Assembly: GCA_965248925.1 (NCBI GenBank) | Contig: CBDFLE010000006.1 | Coordinates: 1,504,001-1,568,000 of the forward strand | Direction: 5' to 3' | DNA: 64,000 nucleotides | Origin: Candidatus Multivoradales bacterium | GTDB taxonomy: Bacteria; Acidobacteriota; Thermoanaerobaculia; Multivoradales; J023 | In this document: piece by piece, positions 53,229 to 63,429 of the stretch | Layout of the letters: each line of letters starts with the position of its first letter | Position numbering within the stretch: position 1 is the first letter of the stretch | Translations under genes and position numbers: made by a program | Notes under the pieces: generated by a model | Told to the model about the DNA's origin: nothing | Databases searched by the model: none | Seen by the model: the letters and a program-made list of their open reading frames with translations, nothing else

Positions 53229-55028
53229 GTGCCGGAACCATCTCTCGACGATCTCATCGCTCAGATCCAACAGGGCATTGAAGACCACCAATTCGCTGGG
53301 GCGAGAGAGATCTTCAACGCCACCGTCAAGCGCTGGGGCGCCTCCCCCACCCTGACCCGACTACGCCGTGGACTCGAACGGGCCGAGCAAGAAGCCCACC
53401 GGCCACGAGTCGCACAATTCGAACAAGAGGCGCAGCAGCAGCTCACCCGCGGCAACTACGGCTCGGCGGTCGATGCCTTGCGCCAAGCCTGCGCGCTCTT
53501 GCCCCATGATGGCGACCTGCGACTGGCCCTGACACAGGCCGAGCGCGCGCTCAACCGCCACCAAGCGGCTCTGGCCCGCGAGCGCGAAGTCGGCCAGCAA
53601 GCGCAGCAAATCGAAGCCCTGATCGAAGCGGAGAGGCTCGAGGAGGCCCGTGCGGCATTGCGCGAAGCCCACCTATCCAGCGGCCGCCACCGAGCCTTTG
53701 AACGGCTCGAAGACCGCTTGCGCAAGCTCGAACGCCAACGCTTACGCCAGCGCGCGACCCGGCGCCTCGGCCGTGCTCGCGAGCTGCTCGCGGATAGCGA
53801 CTGGCACGGCGCGATGGCGGAACTCGACCGAGCTCTGGCAGAAGATCCGCAGCTCAGCGAAGCCGCGCAATTACGCCAACAAGCTCGATCTAGTTTGGAA
53901 CTTGAGCAGGGTCGCCATTTTACTGCCCAAGCGATCGATGAAGCTCGGCGAGATGTCGAGCGCTTACTCGCTGGCCGCGAGTTACGCAGCGCCGACCAGC
54001 GGCTCAGCGAAGCGGTTAGTTTGCTCGGTAGGCACCAGGTATTCAGCCAGCTCGGGCGGCGGATCGACGAGGTCAAAGCCGGCGTCCAGGCGGTCCGCCG
54101 CCGCGAATGGGCCGAGCGACGCCAGCGTGAGGCCGCCGCCAAGATTGGCGAAGCCGACCGCCTGCTGCGCGGCAGCCGCTATCAGGAAGCCCTGCAATGC
54201 CTGCAAACAGCCGAGAGCATCGAACCCGAGCTCGCCGGCCTGAAAGCAAAGCTGAGCACCGTGAGCGCAGCCCTTGAGCGCCAGCTGCAATCCCAGCAGC
54301 AGGTGCAGCCGGTGCCGGCGACACCACCGCGGCCGCAGCCAGCTAGCGTGCGGCAGCAGCTGCCAGGCTTCGGTAGACGCGGTCTACAGGCTCTTTCGGC
54401 CCTCGCCGGGGCCTTGGTCGCAAGCGAGCTGCTCGGCTGGATCGAGCAGCTTGAACCGCTAGCCAAGGCTCTTCGTTTCGGGCTGCTACTCATCGCCCTG
54501 GCCGCGCAGTTGGCCATCGCGCGGCACAGCGCGGAAGTTGTCGATGACCTGCCGGAGTGGCGCTCGCTGACAAGGCTACGGCCTCGCCTCTTGGACCTCG
54601 CCACTGTTCTCGGTTTGGCCGCGGTCTGCCTGGCGCCGCTGGGGCTGTTTGTCTGGTGGCGCGGCGCGGCGGGTCTGTTGGGAAATTCGGCCAGCCTGAT
54701 CAGTTGGTTGCTGGTGGTGTTGCTGGCTTGGCTCGGCCTCGCTGCGGGGGTCGTTGCCGGCACCGCCGCCGCTGGTTATGGCCGCTCGCGAGCTACATAC
54801 TTTCACCGCCATGCTAGAGCCTGGGTGCTGGCGGAGGTTGATAGCCACCAGCTGGTCACCGGACTGGCTGGCACCTTGACTATTGCCCTGCTGGCTCGTG
54901 CTCTGCTGGGTCTGCCGGGACAGCTTCTCGCCGCGATCCTAGAAGCCGGAATGCTGCTTGGGGTACCGCTTCTGGCCGGCCGAATGCTGCGCCACTGGCG
55001 CTCCCGAGAGCCGGCGCTCTACGGCTGA
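53229..55028 (+). CDS. TPR-like helical protein with multi-pass membrane C-terminus
   Basis: About 360 aa of charged helical repeats, a Q/P linker, then several hydrophobic helices. Confidence 0.7.
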   Translation: MPEPSLDDLIAQIQQGIEDHQFAGAREIFNATVKRWGASPTLTRLRRGLERAEQEAHRPRVAQFEQEAQQQLTRGNYGSAVDALRQACALLPHDGDLRLALTQAERALNRHQAALAREREVGQQAQQIEALIEAERLEEARAALREAHLSSGRHRAFERLEDRLRKLERQRLRQRATRRLGRARELLADSDWHGAMAELDRALAEDPQLSEAAQLRQQARSSLELEQGRHFTAQAIDEARRDVERLLAGRELRSADQRLSEAVSLLGRHQVFSQLGRRIDEVKAGVQAVRRREWAERRQREAAAKIGEADRLLRGSRYQEALQCLQTAESIEPELAGLKAKLSTVSAALERQLQSQQQVQPVPATPPRPQPASVRQQLPGFGRRGLQALSALAGALVASELLGWIEQLEPLAKALRFGLLLIALAAQLAIARHSAEVVDDLPEWRSLTRLRPRLLDLATVLGLAAVCLAPLGLFVWWRGAAGLLGNSASLISWLLVVLLAWLGLAAGVVAGTAAAGYGRSRATYFHRHARAWVLAEVDSHQLVTGLAGTLTIALLARALLGLPGQLLAAILEAGMLLGVPLLAGRMLRHWRSREPALYG

Positions 55029-55708
55029 GCCTCGACCACCGCTTGATCCTCGGCGCTCGACTCACCTGGCAGCAAAGTCGCCAGGGCCTCCTCCGCCAAC
55101 GTCAACAGATCCTCTGCAGCCGCCACGCTGCCAACATCTGGGACCTCGCCAAGGAGCTTGAAGGCTCTTTCGAGGGTCTGCTGGGCGGGGTGTAAGGGAG
55201 CATAGGCTAGCCAGGCTTCAGCCCTTGGTAGCTGCAGCTCGATCACCGCCAGCCGGTTGTGCCAAATCGGTCCCCAGGCATGAAACCGGTTCCACATCTG
55301 ACGCTGGCGCACCGATTCGTCGCCCTTGAGCCCGACGAAAGACGGCAGCTCGTCGCGCCCCTCCTCGATCAGAGCCTGCAGCTGCGGTGGCACCGCTAGC
55401 AGCAGCCACTCGAGCTGCTGGAAACTCGGCAAAGGCGGTAGCTTGGGAGGAGGCGGGACGGCAGCCGCTGGAAAAGGGTCCGCTAGCACCACCGGAACCT
55501 CTGTCGCAGCGCTCACAGGCGGCAAGCCAAGCCACCGCACCAAGGCTCCGCGAGAGGCGAAAAGGGCGACGCCCAGCGCCACCAAGAGCAGGGCGCTCAG
55601 CGCTCGCCAAGGCCAAGGCGACCCACCACCGGCCAGCGCTCGAGCGTCGGGGGCCATATCTGCGGTCGCCGCTTGGCGGTGGGAAGACGCGGGTGGTTGT
55701 TCACTCAT
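55019..55708 (-). CDS. Membrane-anchored hypothetical protein
   Basis: One TM helix, Pro-rich linker, helical C-terminus. Start uncertain. Confidence 0.6.
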   Translation of the reverse strand: MSEQPPASSHRQAATADMAPDARALAGGGSPWPWRALSALLLVALGVALFASRGALVRWLGLPPVSAATEVPVVLADPFPAAAVPPPPKLPPLPSFQQLEWLLLAVPPQLQALIEEGRDELPSFVGLKGDESVRQRQMWNRFHAWGPIWHNRLAVIELQLPRAEAWLAYAPLHPAQQTLERAFKLLGEVPDVGSVAAAEDLLTLAEEALATLLPGESSAEDQAVVEAQP

Positions 55709-55809
55709 CAGAGTTAGCTTCTCGCGGTGGGGTTCGATTGCTTGCAGCGAAACAAGGTACCACAGACCCACAGGCGGTAAAGAGGCGTAGATCAGGGTAG
55801 AATCCTCGG

Positions 55810-56892
55810 GTGAGCGAGCCCGAGCCTATCCGCCGGATCCTGCACTGCGACATGGACTGCTTCTACGCCGCGGTGCATATGCGCGACGACCCATCGCTGC
55901 GCGGCCGGCCGGTGGTGATCGGCGGCAGTCCACAAGGACGCGGCGTGGTGGCGGCGGCGAACTATGAAGCCCGCGAGTTTGGCGTTCGTTCAGCAATGCC
56001 CGCCGCCCAGGCCCTCCGGCGCTGCCCGCGACTCATCTTCATCAAGCCCGAATTCCCGCGCTATCGCCACGAATCCCAAGCCATCTTCGAGATCTTCCGC
56101 CAACTGACCCCCTTGGTACAGCCCGCCTCCCTCGACGAAGCCTATCTCGATGTCTCAGAGCACCTGGAGCCCTGGGGCAGCGCCACCGCCATCGCCCGAG
56201 AGATTCGCCGCCGGGTGGCGAGCGAGCGCCAGCTGACCGTGTCGGTAGGTGTTGGGCCCAACAAGCTGATCGCCAAGATCGCCTCAGACTTCGACAAACC
56301 AGACGGCCTAACGGTGGTCAAACCAGACCAGATCGATACTTTCCTCGAACCGTTGTCGGTCCGCCGCCTGCACGGCGTCGGGCCAGCCACCGAGCGCTCC
56401 CTCGGCGAACTCGGGATTCGCACCATCGCCGAGTTACGGCGGCTGGAGGTCGAGGTGCTCGAACGCCGCTTCGGCCGCCATGGCCGCGGGCTCTACGACT
56501 TTAGCCGCGGTATCGACCGCCGCCCGGTGCGCACCCACCACGAGCGAAAGAGCCTCGGCCACGAGCGCACTTACGCCCACGATCTGCGCCAAATCCAGCA
56601 GATGGACGAGGAACTTGAGCGCCTCGCCGCCCAGGTGGCCGCCGGCTTAGAGCTTCGCGACTTGTCGGCTCGGACAGTGACCGTCAAAGTGCGCTATCCG
56701 GACTTCACCACCCTCACTCGCTCGCGCACTCTGCCGTTGCCAACCGCTTCGGCCAGCCGTCTCACCGCCTTGGCCCACGAATTACTGCGCGCTACCGACG
56801 CCGGCCAGCGCGGTGTTCGCTTGTTGGGGGTCACCGGCTCGGGGCTCGAGAGTGGAGCCCCGGAGCAGCTCTGGTTATTTGCCGCTCCTTGA
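55810..56892 (+). CDS. dinB: DNA polymerase IV
   Basis: HCDMDCFYAAV, ANYEAREFGVRSAMP, SLDEAYLD, KIASDFDKPDG and GVRLLGV motifs. Confidence 0.95.
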   Translation: MSEPEPIRRILHCDMDCFYAAVHMRDDPSLRGRPVVIGGSPQGRGVVAAANYEAREFGVRSAMPAAQALRRCPRLIFIKPEFPRYRHESQAIFEIFRQLTPLVQPASLDEAYLDVSEHLEPWGSATAIAREIRRRVASERQLTVSVGVGPNKLIAKIASDFDKPDGLTVVKPDQIDTFLEPLSVRRLHGVGPATERSLGELGIRTIAELRRLEVEVLERRFGRHGRGLYDFSRGIDRRPVRTHHERKSLGHERTYAHDLRQIQQMDEELERLAAQVAAGLELRDLSARTVTVKVRYPDFTTLTRSRTLPLPTASASRLTALAHELLRATDAGQRGVRLLGVTGSGLESGAPEQLWLFAAP

Positions 56893-56899
56893 GCTGAGA

Positions 56900-58333
56900 T
56901 CAGAGCCGGAAGGATCTCTCCAAGGCGCCCCGGGTCGCCAGCAAGAGCAGCGCTACCAGCACGGTCACCACCACCAGGGGGCTCACCGCGAGCTGCAAAC
57001 CTAGACTCTCAGCCCCCAGGCGAGCGAGCTTGCCAAAAGCACCCAGGGCAAGCCACACCGCGATCATCCGACCGGCCTGTCGCCGACCGGCCAGACTGCT
57101 GACCGCGTCGAGCCCAGCTGGCACCAGCAGCGCATCACCGCAGGCGGCGAGCAGCGACATCACCAGCAGCCAACCAACACCCGGCGCCTGGTGTTGCGAA
57201 AGCAGCATGCCGACCGCCACTAGCCACCAGCCAGCAGCCGCCAGCAGCAATCCCACCGCCAAACGAGTGAAGAGGGCCGGCAGCCGCCGTCCCAGGCGAC
57301 GCCAAAGCACTAGTAGGGCCAGCGAGAGGGCGGCCAAGGAGAGAAAATCTTTGATCACCAGCCAGCGGGCCGGAAATTTCCAGCCCAACAACCAACGATC
57401 AAGATGCAGCTTATGCAGGTCGGTGATCGGTACGGCGGTCAGCTCTAGGCCCACGGCGTAGATCAACGCCACCCCCAGAACGACCCCCAAGACTCGCCGG
57501 GCGGGCAAGGTCGGAGGCTCATCTCGACGCAACTGGCGAACTAGCCAGAAGACCGCCACGGCCGCGGTCAGCAAGAGCAGTCCCAGCGTCGAGTGTTGGA
57601 CCTCCAGGACTGAGACCACTCGGCCACTGCTCAGCCAGGCGGCCAAACCGGCAAAGCTCAAGCAGACCACCGCCACCCAGCTAGCCGGCCGACCACCGCG
57701 CGGCCGCCAGGCGGGCAGGTGGCGAGCCGCCGCCCACAAGTGCATCAGCCCCGCGGCCATCGCCAGAGCGGCAGCAACAAAGCCCAAGGGCCAGCCAAAC
57801 CACCCCCCCACCAAGGCCGGCAGCGGATAGCCGAGCAGAGCCCCCAGGTTGATACCCAGGTAAACCACGGTAAAACCCACCGCTCGCCGCAGCCCGAGCC
57901 AGCTCGAGTCATCCCTACCGTAGAGTTCACTCAAGGTGACGATCAAGGCAGGTCGGAAGAGGCCAATGCCACAGGCATTTAGCAGCAGTCCGGCGGTCAG
58001 AGCGACGGTGTTGGCGCCGGCCGCGAGCAACAGGCCGGCGACGATCAACAAACCGCCGAGGACCAGTGACCAGCGACAGCCGAGCCAACGATCAACTACC
58101 CAGCCACCAGCCAGCATGGCCACCAACACGGTCGCTGAGTAGAGGCCGTAGAAAGCTGGAATCAGTCCGAGACCGACCCCCAGGCCGGCCTGAGGATCGA
58201 CCCAGAAAAGAACCAGCAGCACTAGCAGACCGTAATAGGCCAGCCGCTCCCAGAGCTGAGCGAAGAAAATCGCCGTCAGGCCCGGCGGCTGACCAGCGCC
58301 CCACCTGCTACGTGAACCGCCGCTGGCCTGCAT
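56900..58333 (-). CDS. Divergent POT/PTR-family MFS transporter
   Basis: QLWERLAYYG and YLGINLGA; many TM helices; in tandem with a canonical POT gene. Confidence 0.75.
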   Translation of the reverse strand: MQASGGSRSRWGAGQPPGLTAIFFAQLWERLAYYGLLVLLVLFWVDPQAGLGVGLGLIPAFYGLYSATVLVAMLAGGWVVDRWLGCRWSLVLGGLLIVAGLLLAAGANTVALTAGLLLNACGIGLFRPALIVTLSELYGRDDSSWLGLRRAVGFTVVYLGINLGALLGYPLPALVGGWFGWPLGFVAAALAMAAGLMHLWAAARHLPAWRPRGGRPASWVAVVCLSFAGLAAWLSSGRVVSVLEVQHSTLGLLLLTAAVAVFWLVRQLRRDEPPTLPARRVLGVVLGVALIYAVGLELTAVPITDLHKLHLDRWLLGWKFPARWLVIKDFLSLAALSLALLVLWRRLGRRLPALFTRLAVGLLLAAAGWWLVAVGMLLSQHQAPGVGWLLVMSLLAACGDALLVPAGLDAVSSLAGRRQAGRMIAVWLALGAFGKLARLGAESLGLQLAVSPLVVVTVLVALLLLATRGALERSFRL

Positions 58334-58356
58334 GGTCGGTTACATCAACAATCGGG

Positions 58357-59922
58357 TCAATGAACGCCGCCCATCAGTCGACGGACGGGTTTGACGATCG
58401 CCGCCATCGCTAGAGCAACTACCACCGAGGTCACGAAGACCGCGCCAAAGAGTTGCGGCAGCGGGAATTTGTCGAACAGCCCAGCGACTTGCCCACCGAC
58501 ATAGTTGCCGACCGCCGCGGCCATGAACCAGACCCCCATCATCTGCCCGGAGATCCGCGCCGGGGCCAACTTGGTCATCGTCGACAGACCGACCGGGCTG
58601 AGACAGAGTTCGCCAACCGTGTGCAAGAAGTACACCGCCAACAACCACAGCGGACTCACCCGACCGCCTTCAGGCCCTGAGAACATGGCTCCGAAGGCCA
58701 ACACCAGGAATCCGATACCGACCAAGAACAGGCCGCCGGAGAATTTGGCCGGACTTGAGGGCTCGCGCTCACCGAGGCGAGTCCAGAGCAAGGCGAAAGG
58801 CGCCGCCAAGAGAACGATGAAAAGAGCATTCGCCGACTGCCACCATGAAGAAGGGAAGCTCAGTCCAGCCACTGAGTTGTCGGTAAACTGCTCGGCAAAC
58901 AGCGTCATCGTCGAACCGGCTTGCTCAAAGGCCGACCAGAACAACGCCGCGGCGAAGAAAAAGACCGGAATGGCGTAGATGCGCTTGCGCTCGACTTCCG
59001 ACCAGCCCTTCTGGGTGAGGAGGAAGATGAAATAGCCGATCGGGAAGGCGATGACCAAATAGCCCATCCAGCGCACCAAAGCAGGCTGCTTCTCTTCCGC
59101 TCCCTCAAGCGCCACCGCTTGGTCTACGGAGCCTGAGTTGAACAGTGAGTCCGCATTGAAGACTAGCCCGCCAATTATCACGATCGCGAGTACCGCACAG
59201 CTGGTCAAAAAGAGCTTCTTGTTGCGCGCGAATTGAGCGTCATCACCGCGACCCGGCGCCACCAGGCCGGCATTACCGAGGTTCTTGCCAGTCAGCACGT
59301 ACTGCAAGAGGCCAAAGGTCATGCCCACTGCGGCGGCGCCAAATGCCCAATGCCAGCTACTCTCAGGCGACCACCCTCTGTTTTCCAGAAAGCCTTTGAA
59401 CCACGGATGCTGGGCCAGGAACCCACAAGCGAGTGGGGCGCCAAATGCGCCGAGGTTGATACCCATGTAAAAAATCGAAAAGCCAGCATCCCGGCGAGCA
59501 TCCTGGTCTTTGTAGAGCTGACCGACCTGGCTGCTGATGTTCGGCTTGAGTAACCCAGTGCCGAGCACGATGAGGAACAGGCCGAGGTAGAAGGGGGGGA
59601 TACCGTGGAACATCAGGCTGATATGCCCGAGAGTGATAATCACGCCGCCGATAAAGACCGCCCGCCGTTGACCGATCAATCGGTCCGCAATCCAGCCTCC
59701 TGGCACCGCGGTCATATAGACCATAGCGGTGTAGAGACCGTAGATGGGCCCCGCTTTCGCTGCTGACCAGCCGAAACCACCAGCGATTACCGGCGTGGTC
59801 ATGAAGAGGATCAGGATTGCGCGCATGCCGTAGTAGCTGAAGCGTTCCCACATTTCGGTGAAGAACAGGGTCATCAGCCCTCGGGGATGCCCAAACCACT
59901 GTCTATCGGTAGCCTCACTCAT
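58357..59922 (-). CDS. Proton-dependent oligopeptide transporter (POT family)
   Basis: FGHPRGL, EMWERFSYYG, GTGLLKPNIS, FYMGINLG and GELCLSPVGLS motifs; GGAGG RBS before ATG 59922. Confidence 0.93.
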   Translation of the reverse strand: MSEATDRQWFGHPRGLMTLFFTEMWERFSYYGMRAILILFMTTPVIAGGFGWSAAKAGPIYGLYTAMVYMTAVPGGWIADRLIGQRRAVFIGGVIITLGHISLMFHGIPPFYLGLFLIVLGTGLLKPNISSQVGQLYKDQDARRDAGFSIFYMGINLGAFGAPLACGFLAQHPWFKGFLENRGWSPESSWHWAFGAAAVGMTFGLLQYVLTGKNLGNAGLVAPGRGDDAQFARNKKLFLTSCAVLAIVIIGGLVFNADSLFNSGSVDQAVALEGAEEKQPALVRWMGYLVIAFPIGYFIFLLTQKGWSEVERKRIYAIPVFFFAAALFWSAFEQAGSTMTLFAEQFTDNSVAGLSFPSSWWQSANALFIVLLAAPFALLWTRLGEREPSSPAKFSGGLFLVGIGFLVLAFGAMFSGPEGGRVSPLWLLAVYFLHTVGELCLSPVGLSTMTKLAPARISGQMMGVWFMAAAVGNYVGGQVAGLFDKFPLPQLFGAVFVTSVVVALAMAAIVKPVRRLMGGVH

Positions 59923-60183
59923 TCTGATTCCTCCGGTTGGTCGACATCGGTGAGCCACATCCAACGCGGACGGCCCTTGCCCCATGCACAGCAAGATCCA
60001 TTCCCCGCTTGTCGCGGTCGGTCGACGACCCACCGACCGCAGCGGAGATGTCTCGCACTGCTGGGGAAGGTTAAGAGCTGGACACGAGCGTCGGCGGAAG
60101 AATACGGGGAACCCGCGGCAACCGCAAGCCGCCAGCGAAGGGGGGACCAGGGGTCTGTTGACTGGGATCTGAGTGCGGGAAGA

Positions 60184-60260
60184 TGGTCGGGGCGAGAGGA
60201 TTCGAACCTCCGGCCTCACGGTCCCGAACCGTGCGCTCTACCAGGCTGAGCTACGCCCCG
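60184..60260 (-). tRNA. tRNA-Pro (anticodon CGG)
   Basis: CGGGGCGTAGCTCAGCCTGGTAGAGCGCACGGTTCGGGACCGTGAGGCCGGAGGTTCGAATCCTCTCGCCCCGACCA: 77-nt cloverleaf with encoded CCA. Confidence 0.97.
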
Positions 60261-60556
60261 TGCATACTGAAGAACCGAGCGGCGAAGACAATCGCCGCCG
60301 CGGGCCGTGAAGGATACCTCCGGCAATCGTTCGTGGTCAAGTCTGGAAATGCAGCAAATCCCGTCGCGCCGAAGCGATGTACCGTCCTCCCCCGGTGACA
60401 GGCGGCGCACCTACCAAGGGACACTCGCCGTCCCCCCTTGGCCCGCTCGCGGCGCGCTGCGACTTGGCTCGAGCTTTGCTACTCTGAACCACAGCACCAC
60501 CCTGGCGGATATGCTCTCTATGCCATTGGCCACCGCCCTCGACTCTGGAGATTGCC

Positions 60557-61663
60557 ATGACCCGACTCACAGCCCCATACCTCGTCATCCCAATGCTCGC
60601 GGCCATGCTACTTGCTGTTTCCGGCGCTCACGCCCAGGACTCACCGGCCGCCACCTACCAAGACTTGGTTGAGGTTTCAGAGGTGCTACTCGATGTCCTG
60701 GTCACTGACCGCCAGGGCAATGTGGTTCTCGGCCTGGATACCGAAGACTTCGTGATTGAAGAAGAGGGGCAGCCGGTCAAAGTGACCGGGGTGTCGTTCT
60801 ACAGCAATCGCTTTCTACTGCAGGACACCGCCGAACAGCGCATCCAGCATCCCAACGAGGTGCTCGCGGACCGCTATTTCATCCTCTTCATCCACGATCA
60901 GAGACGTGCCGACACCGCCGGTACGCGATTGATTCGCCAGCAGCTCGACGCCGCCCGCCAGTCTAAACGCTGGGTGCTTGAGGAGATGCTGCAGGGCGAT
61001 TGGGTGGCGGTGGTGAGCTATGACGTCAAACTCAAGATCCATAACGACTTCACCCAAGACCGCGAGGCATTGCTGAGCGCTCTGGACCGGGCGGCCCGCG
61101 GCAAGGAATCCACCAACCAATGGCGCTCGCGCCGCGCCGATATTCCCGAAGGCCGCCCCTCACTGCTAAGTAGCCTGCCGGAAGGCAAGGATCTCCGCAA
61201 ACAGACCGTCCGCCTGTACGACGGCCTGCGCCTCACCGCCGAGGCCACCCGCGGCATCCTCGGGCGCAAGAATCTGCTGCTCTTCACGATCGGTTTCGGC
61301 CAGCTGGACGGCGTCCGTCCCTTCGCCACTCCTGACCGCCGCTACTATCCGCAGATGATGCACGCGCTCAACGACAACAACGTGGCGATCTATCCGATCG
61401 ATCTGACACCGCCGGAGTTCGAGCACTCACAGAGTGACTTTCTCAACCAACTGGCCAACGACACCGGCGGCTTCTATCACCAGACTTTCATCAACTTCCT
61501 GACCCCGATGCGAGAGATCGCCGACGAGGCCAACGGCTACTACCTGCTGAGCTTCCGCGCCCAGCACCCAGCGGGCGAGAGCGGCTATCGCTCGGTAAAA
61601 GTGAGGCCGCGCAATAGAGACTTCAAGGTTCGCTATCGTCAAGGCTATCGCTTCGGCAGCTGA
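60557..61663 (+). CDS. VWA domain protein (acidobacterial VWFA-related type)
   Basis: Signal peptide; VLLDVLVTDRQGNVVLGL..EDF, DFTQDREAL, GRKNLLLF, LANDTGG and YYLLSF motifs. Confidence 0.85.
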   Translation: MTRLTAPYLVIPMLAAMLLAVSGAHAQDSPAATYQDLVEVSEVLLDVLVTDRQGNVVLGLDTEDFVIEEEGQPVKVTGVSFYSNRFLLQDTAEQRIQHPNEVLADRYFILFIHDQRRADTAGTRLIRQQLDAARQSKRWVLEEMLQGDWVAVVSYDVKLKIHNDFTQDREALLSALDRAARGKESTNQWRSRRADIPEGRPSLLSSLPEGKDLRKQTVRLYDGLRLTAEATRGILGRKNLLLFTIGFGQLDGVRPFATPDRRYYPQMMHALNDNNVAIYPIDLTPPEFEHSQSDFLNQLANDTGGFYHQTFINFLTPMREIADEANGYYLLSFRAQHPAGESGYRSVKVRPRNRDFKVRYRQGYRFGS

Positions 61664-61705
61664 GGCCGTAGCAGGTGGCTTGTGAGGAAAGCTGGGCGGG
61701 CTCGT

Positions 61706-62503
61706 TCAACCGCCGACGGCGGTCATGTCGTCATCGGCGGAGTCATCGGCGGCGCCATCCACCTCGAGCATTACCACGGTGACGTTGTCGAATCCACCGC
61801 GAGCATTGGCGTCGGTGATCAACCGCTGGCAGACCGCCTCGATCGACTCCCCGGCCACCACCCGCTGATGAATCTCGAGATCGCTGAGCATGGTGGTCAA
61901 GCCGTCCGAGCAGAGCAGAAAGAGGTCGCCCTGGCGCAAGCGGGTTTCGAGAACGTCGACCACCACCTCGCTATCGCCCCCAAGGGCGCGGGTGACGACA
62001 TTCTTCAAAGGATGGTTCTTGGCCTGCTCCTCGGAAAGATAGCCCGCCACCACCTGCTCGTTGACCCAAGTGTGGTCCTGGGTCAGCAACTCCATGCGAC
62101 CGTCGCGGATGCGGTATGCCCGGCTGTCGCCGACGTGGGCAACCGCGGCCACCTCGTCTTGCATGCTGACTCCCACCACCGTGGTACCCATGCCCAACAA
62201 CGAGCCGTCCTGACGAATGGCTTGCAGCACATGATCGTGAGCCAGGTGGATCGAACCTTGAAGGCGCTTGGAGTGATCGCGGAGAGAGTCGTCGTGATCG
62301 GCCGGTAGCCCACTGTCGACGTCGGCAATCACCTGAGTCATCGCTTCGACAGCGATCCGCGAAGCGACTTCGCCGTGATTGTGCCCACCCATACCGTCGG
62401 CAACAACATAGAGAGACCGAGCGTCGTCGACTCGAAAGCAGTCTTCGTTGTGGGTGCGCAACAACCCGGTGTCGGTCTGACCTGAAGACTTGACGCGCAA
62501 CAT
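61706..62503 (-). CDS. PP2C-family Ser/Thr phosphatase (Stp1/PrpC-like)
   Basis: TDTGLLRTHNED, VADGMGGH, GMGTT, HVGDSRAY, LCSDGL and GGFDNVT motifs. Confidence 0.95.
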   Translation of the reverse strand: MLRVKSSGQTDTGLLRTHNEDCFRVDDARSLYVVADGMGGHNHGEVASRIAVEAMTQVIADVDSGLPADHDDSLRDHSKRLQGSIHLAHDHVLQAIRQDGSLLGMGTTVVGVSMQDEVAAVAHVGDSRAYRIRDGRMELLTQDHTWVNEQVVAGYLSEEQAKNHPLKNVVTRALGGDSEVVVDVLETRLRQGDLFLLCSDGLTTMLSDLEIHQRVVAGESIEAVCQRLITDANARGGFDNVTVVMLEVDGAADDSADDDMTAVGG

Positions 62504-62543
62504 GTGAGGACTTCCCGGAGAAATAAGCAGTCGAATCGCTAGT

Positions 62544-63239
62544 TTACCGGCCGCCGCCAGCAGCGTCTTCCTTGAGCCTTGCCAGAGCCTTGCGGATCGA
62601 CGGATCCTGCCCAGCTATTCGAATTGCCCGATTGTAATACTGTTTGGCTTTGCTCGTCATCCCACTGCGGGAATAGATCTTGCCGGCCAGCTTCAAGTAG
62701 GAGACATCCCGCGGTCGCAGACCGCACGCTTGCTCGATAGCCTCGCGCGCTTTTCCGAGCCAGCGCTCGTTCTGCAGCGAGGTCAGGGCCAAATGATGCC
62801 AAGCTTGAGCGCTGTCGGCCTTGGTGTGGACGGCGCGGTTGAAGTTGTCCGCCGCTTCGATGAAATTCTGCTCGCGATAGGCACGGATGCCCCTATTCAT
62901 ATATACCCGCAAGAGATACTCAGGAGTCTGCGTTTCGAGTTCCTGGGGCCGGTCGAGGTCGCGGATATGCTGACGCCGCCGGATCGGGTCGATCAGCACA
63001 TTGAAGGCCGCCGTGATCTCTTGGAAATCATGTTCGGCCTGCTGCTTCTCAACCCCCTGAAAAAGGTCAGGGTGGCGCTCCCGAGCCAGCTCGCGGAATC
63101 GCTGCTTGATCTGTGCCCGGTCCGCGCTGCGCGAAACCGCCAGCACAGAGAAAAGGTCGGTGCTCATTTGCGGGTCATTCCTCTGCTCACCTGATCGTCG
63201 GCGGCCCAACCGCGGCTGAGCCTTCTCGGTGACAGCCAT
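62544..63239 (-). CDS. J-domain protein with TPR repeats
   Basis: FRELARERHPD and FQEITAAFNVL, then TPR motifs. The start may be the later Met (MSTDLF). Confidence 0.85.
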   Translation of the reverse strand: MAVTEKAQPRLGRRRSGEQRNDPQMSTDLFSVLAVSRSADRAQIKQRFRELARERHPDLFQGVEKQQAEHDFQEITAAFNVLIDPIRRRQHIRDLDRPQELETQTPEYLLRVYMNRGIRAYREQNFIEAADNFNRAVHTKADSAQAWHHLALTSLQNERWLGKAREAIEQACGLRPRDVSYLKLAGKIYSRSGMTSKAKQYYNRAIRIAGQDPSIRKALARLKEDAAGGGR

Positions 63240-63376
63240 TAGCTCCTAGTCTTCAGCTCCTTGCCGTCGCTCACGATCAACTCCCACCCTACTTCAGGTT
63301 GGAGGTTGGAACCTGAGACAGCCATTTTACCTACATCGACAACAGTTGGAGGAATATGCGTCGATTTGCTGGTTCT

Positions 63377-63421
63377 TGCCACCGCTGCCTCAGCTGCCAC
63401 CACTGCCTCAGCTGCCTCAGC
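63377..63421 (+). repeat. Intergenic 18-bp tandem repeat (2.5 copies)
   Basis: tgccaccgctgcctcagc / tgccaccactgcctcagc / tgcctcagc. Confidence 0.75.
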
Positions 63422-63429
63422 TGAGCCGC

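Noticed and set aside
59923-60219. 5' extension of the POT ORF to 60219
   Set aside because: It runs into tRNA-Pro; the real start with GGAGG RBS is 59922.
60184-60260. tRNA-Pro as an island integration site
   Set aside because: No duplicated tRNA 3' end and no integrase in the window.
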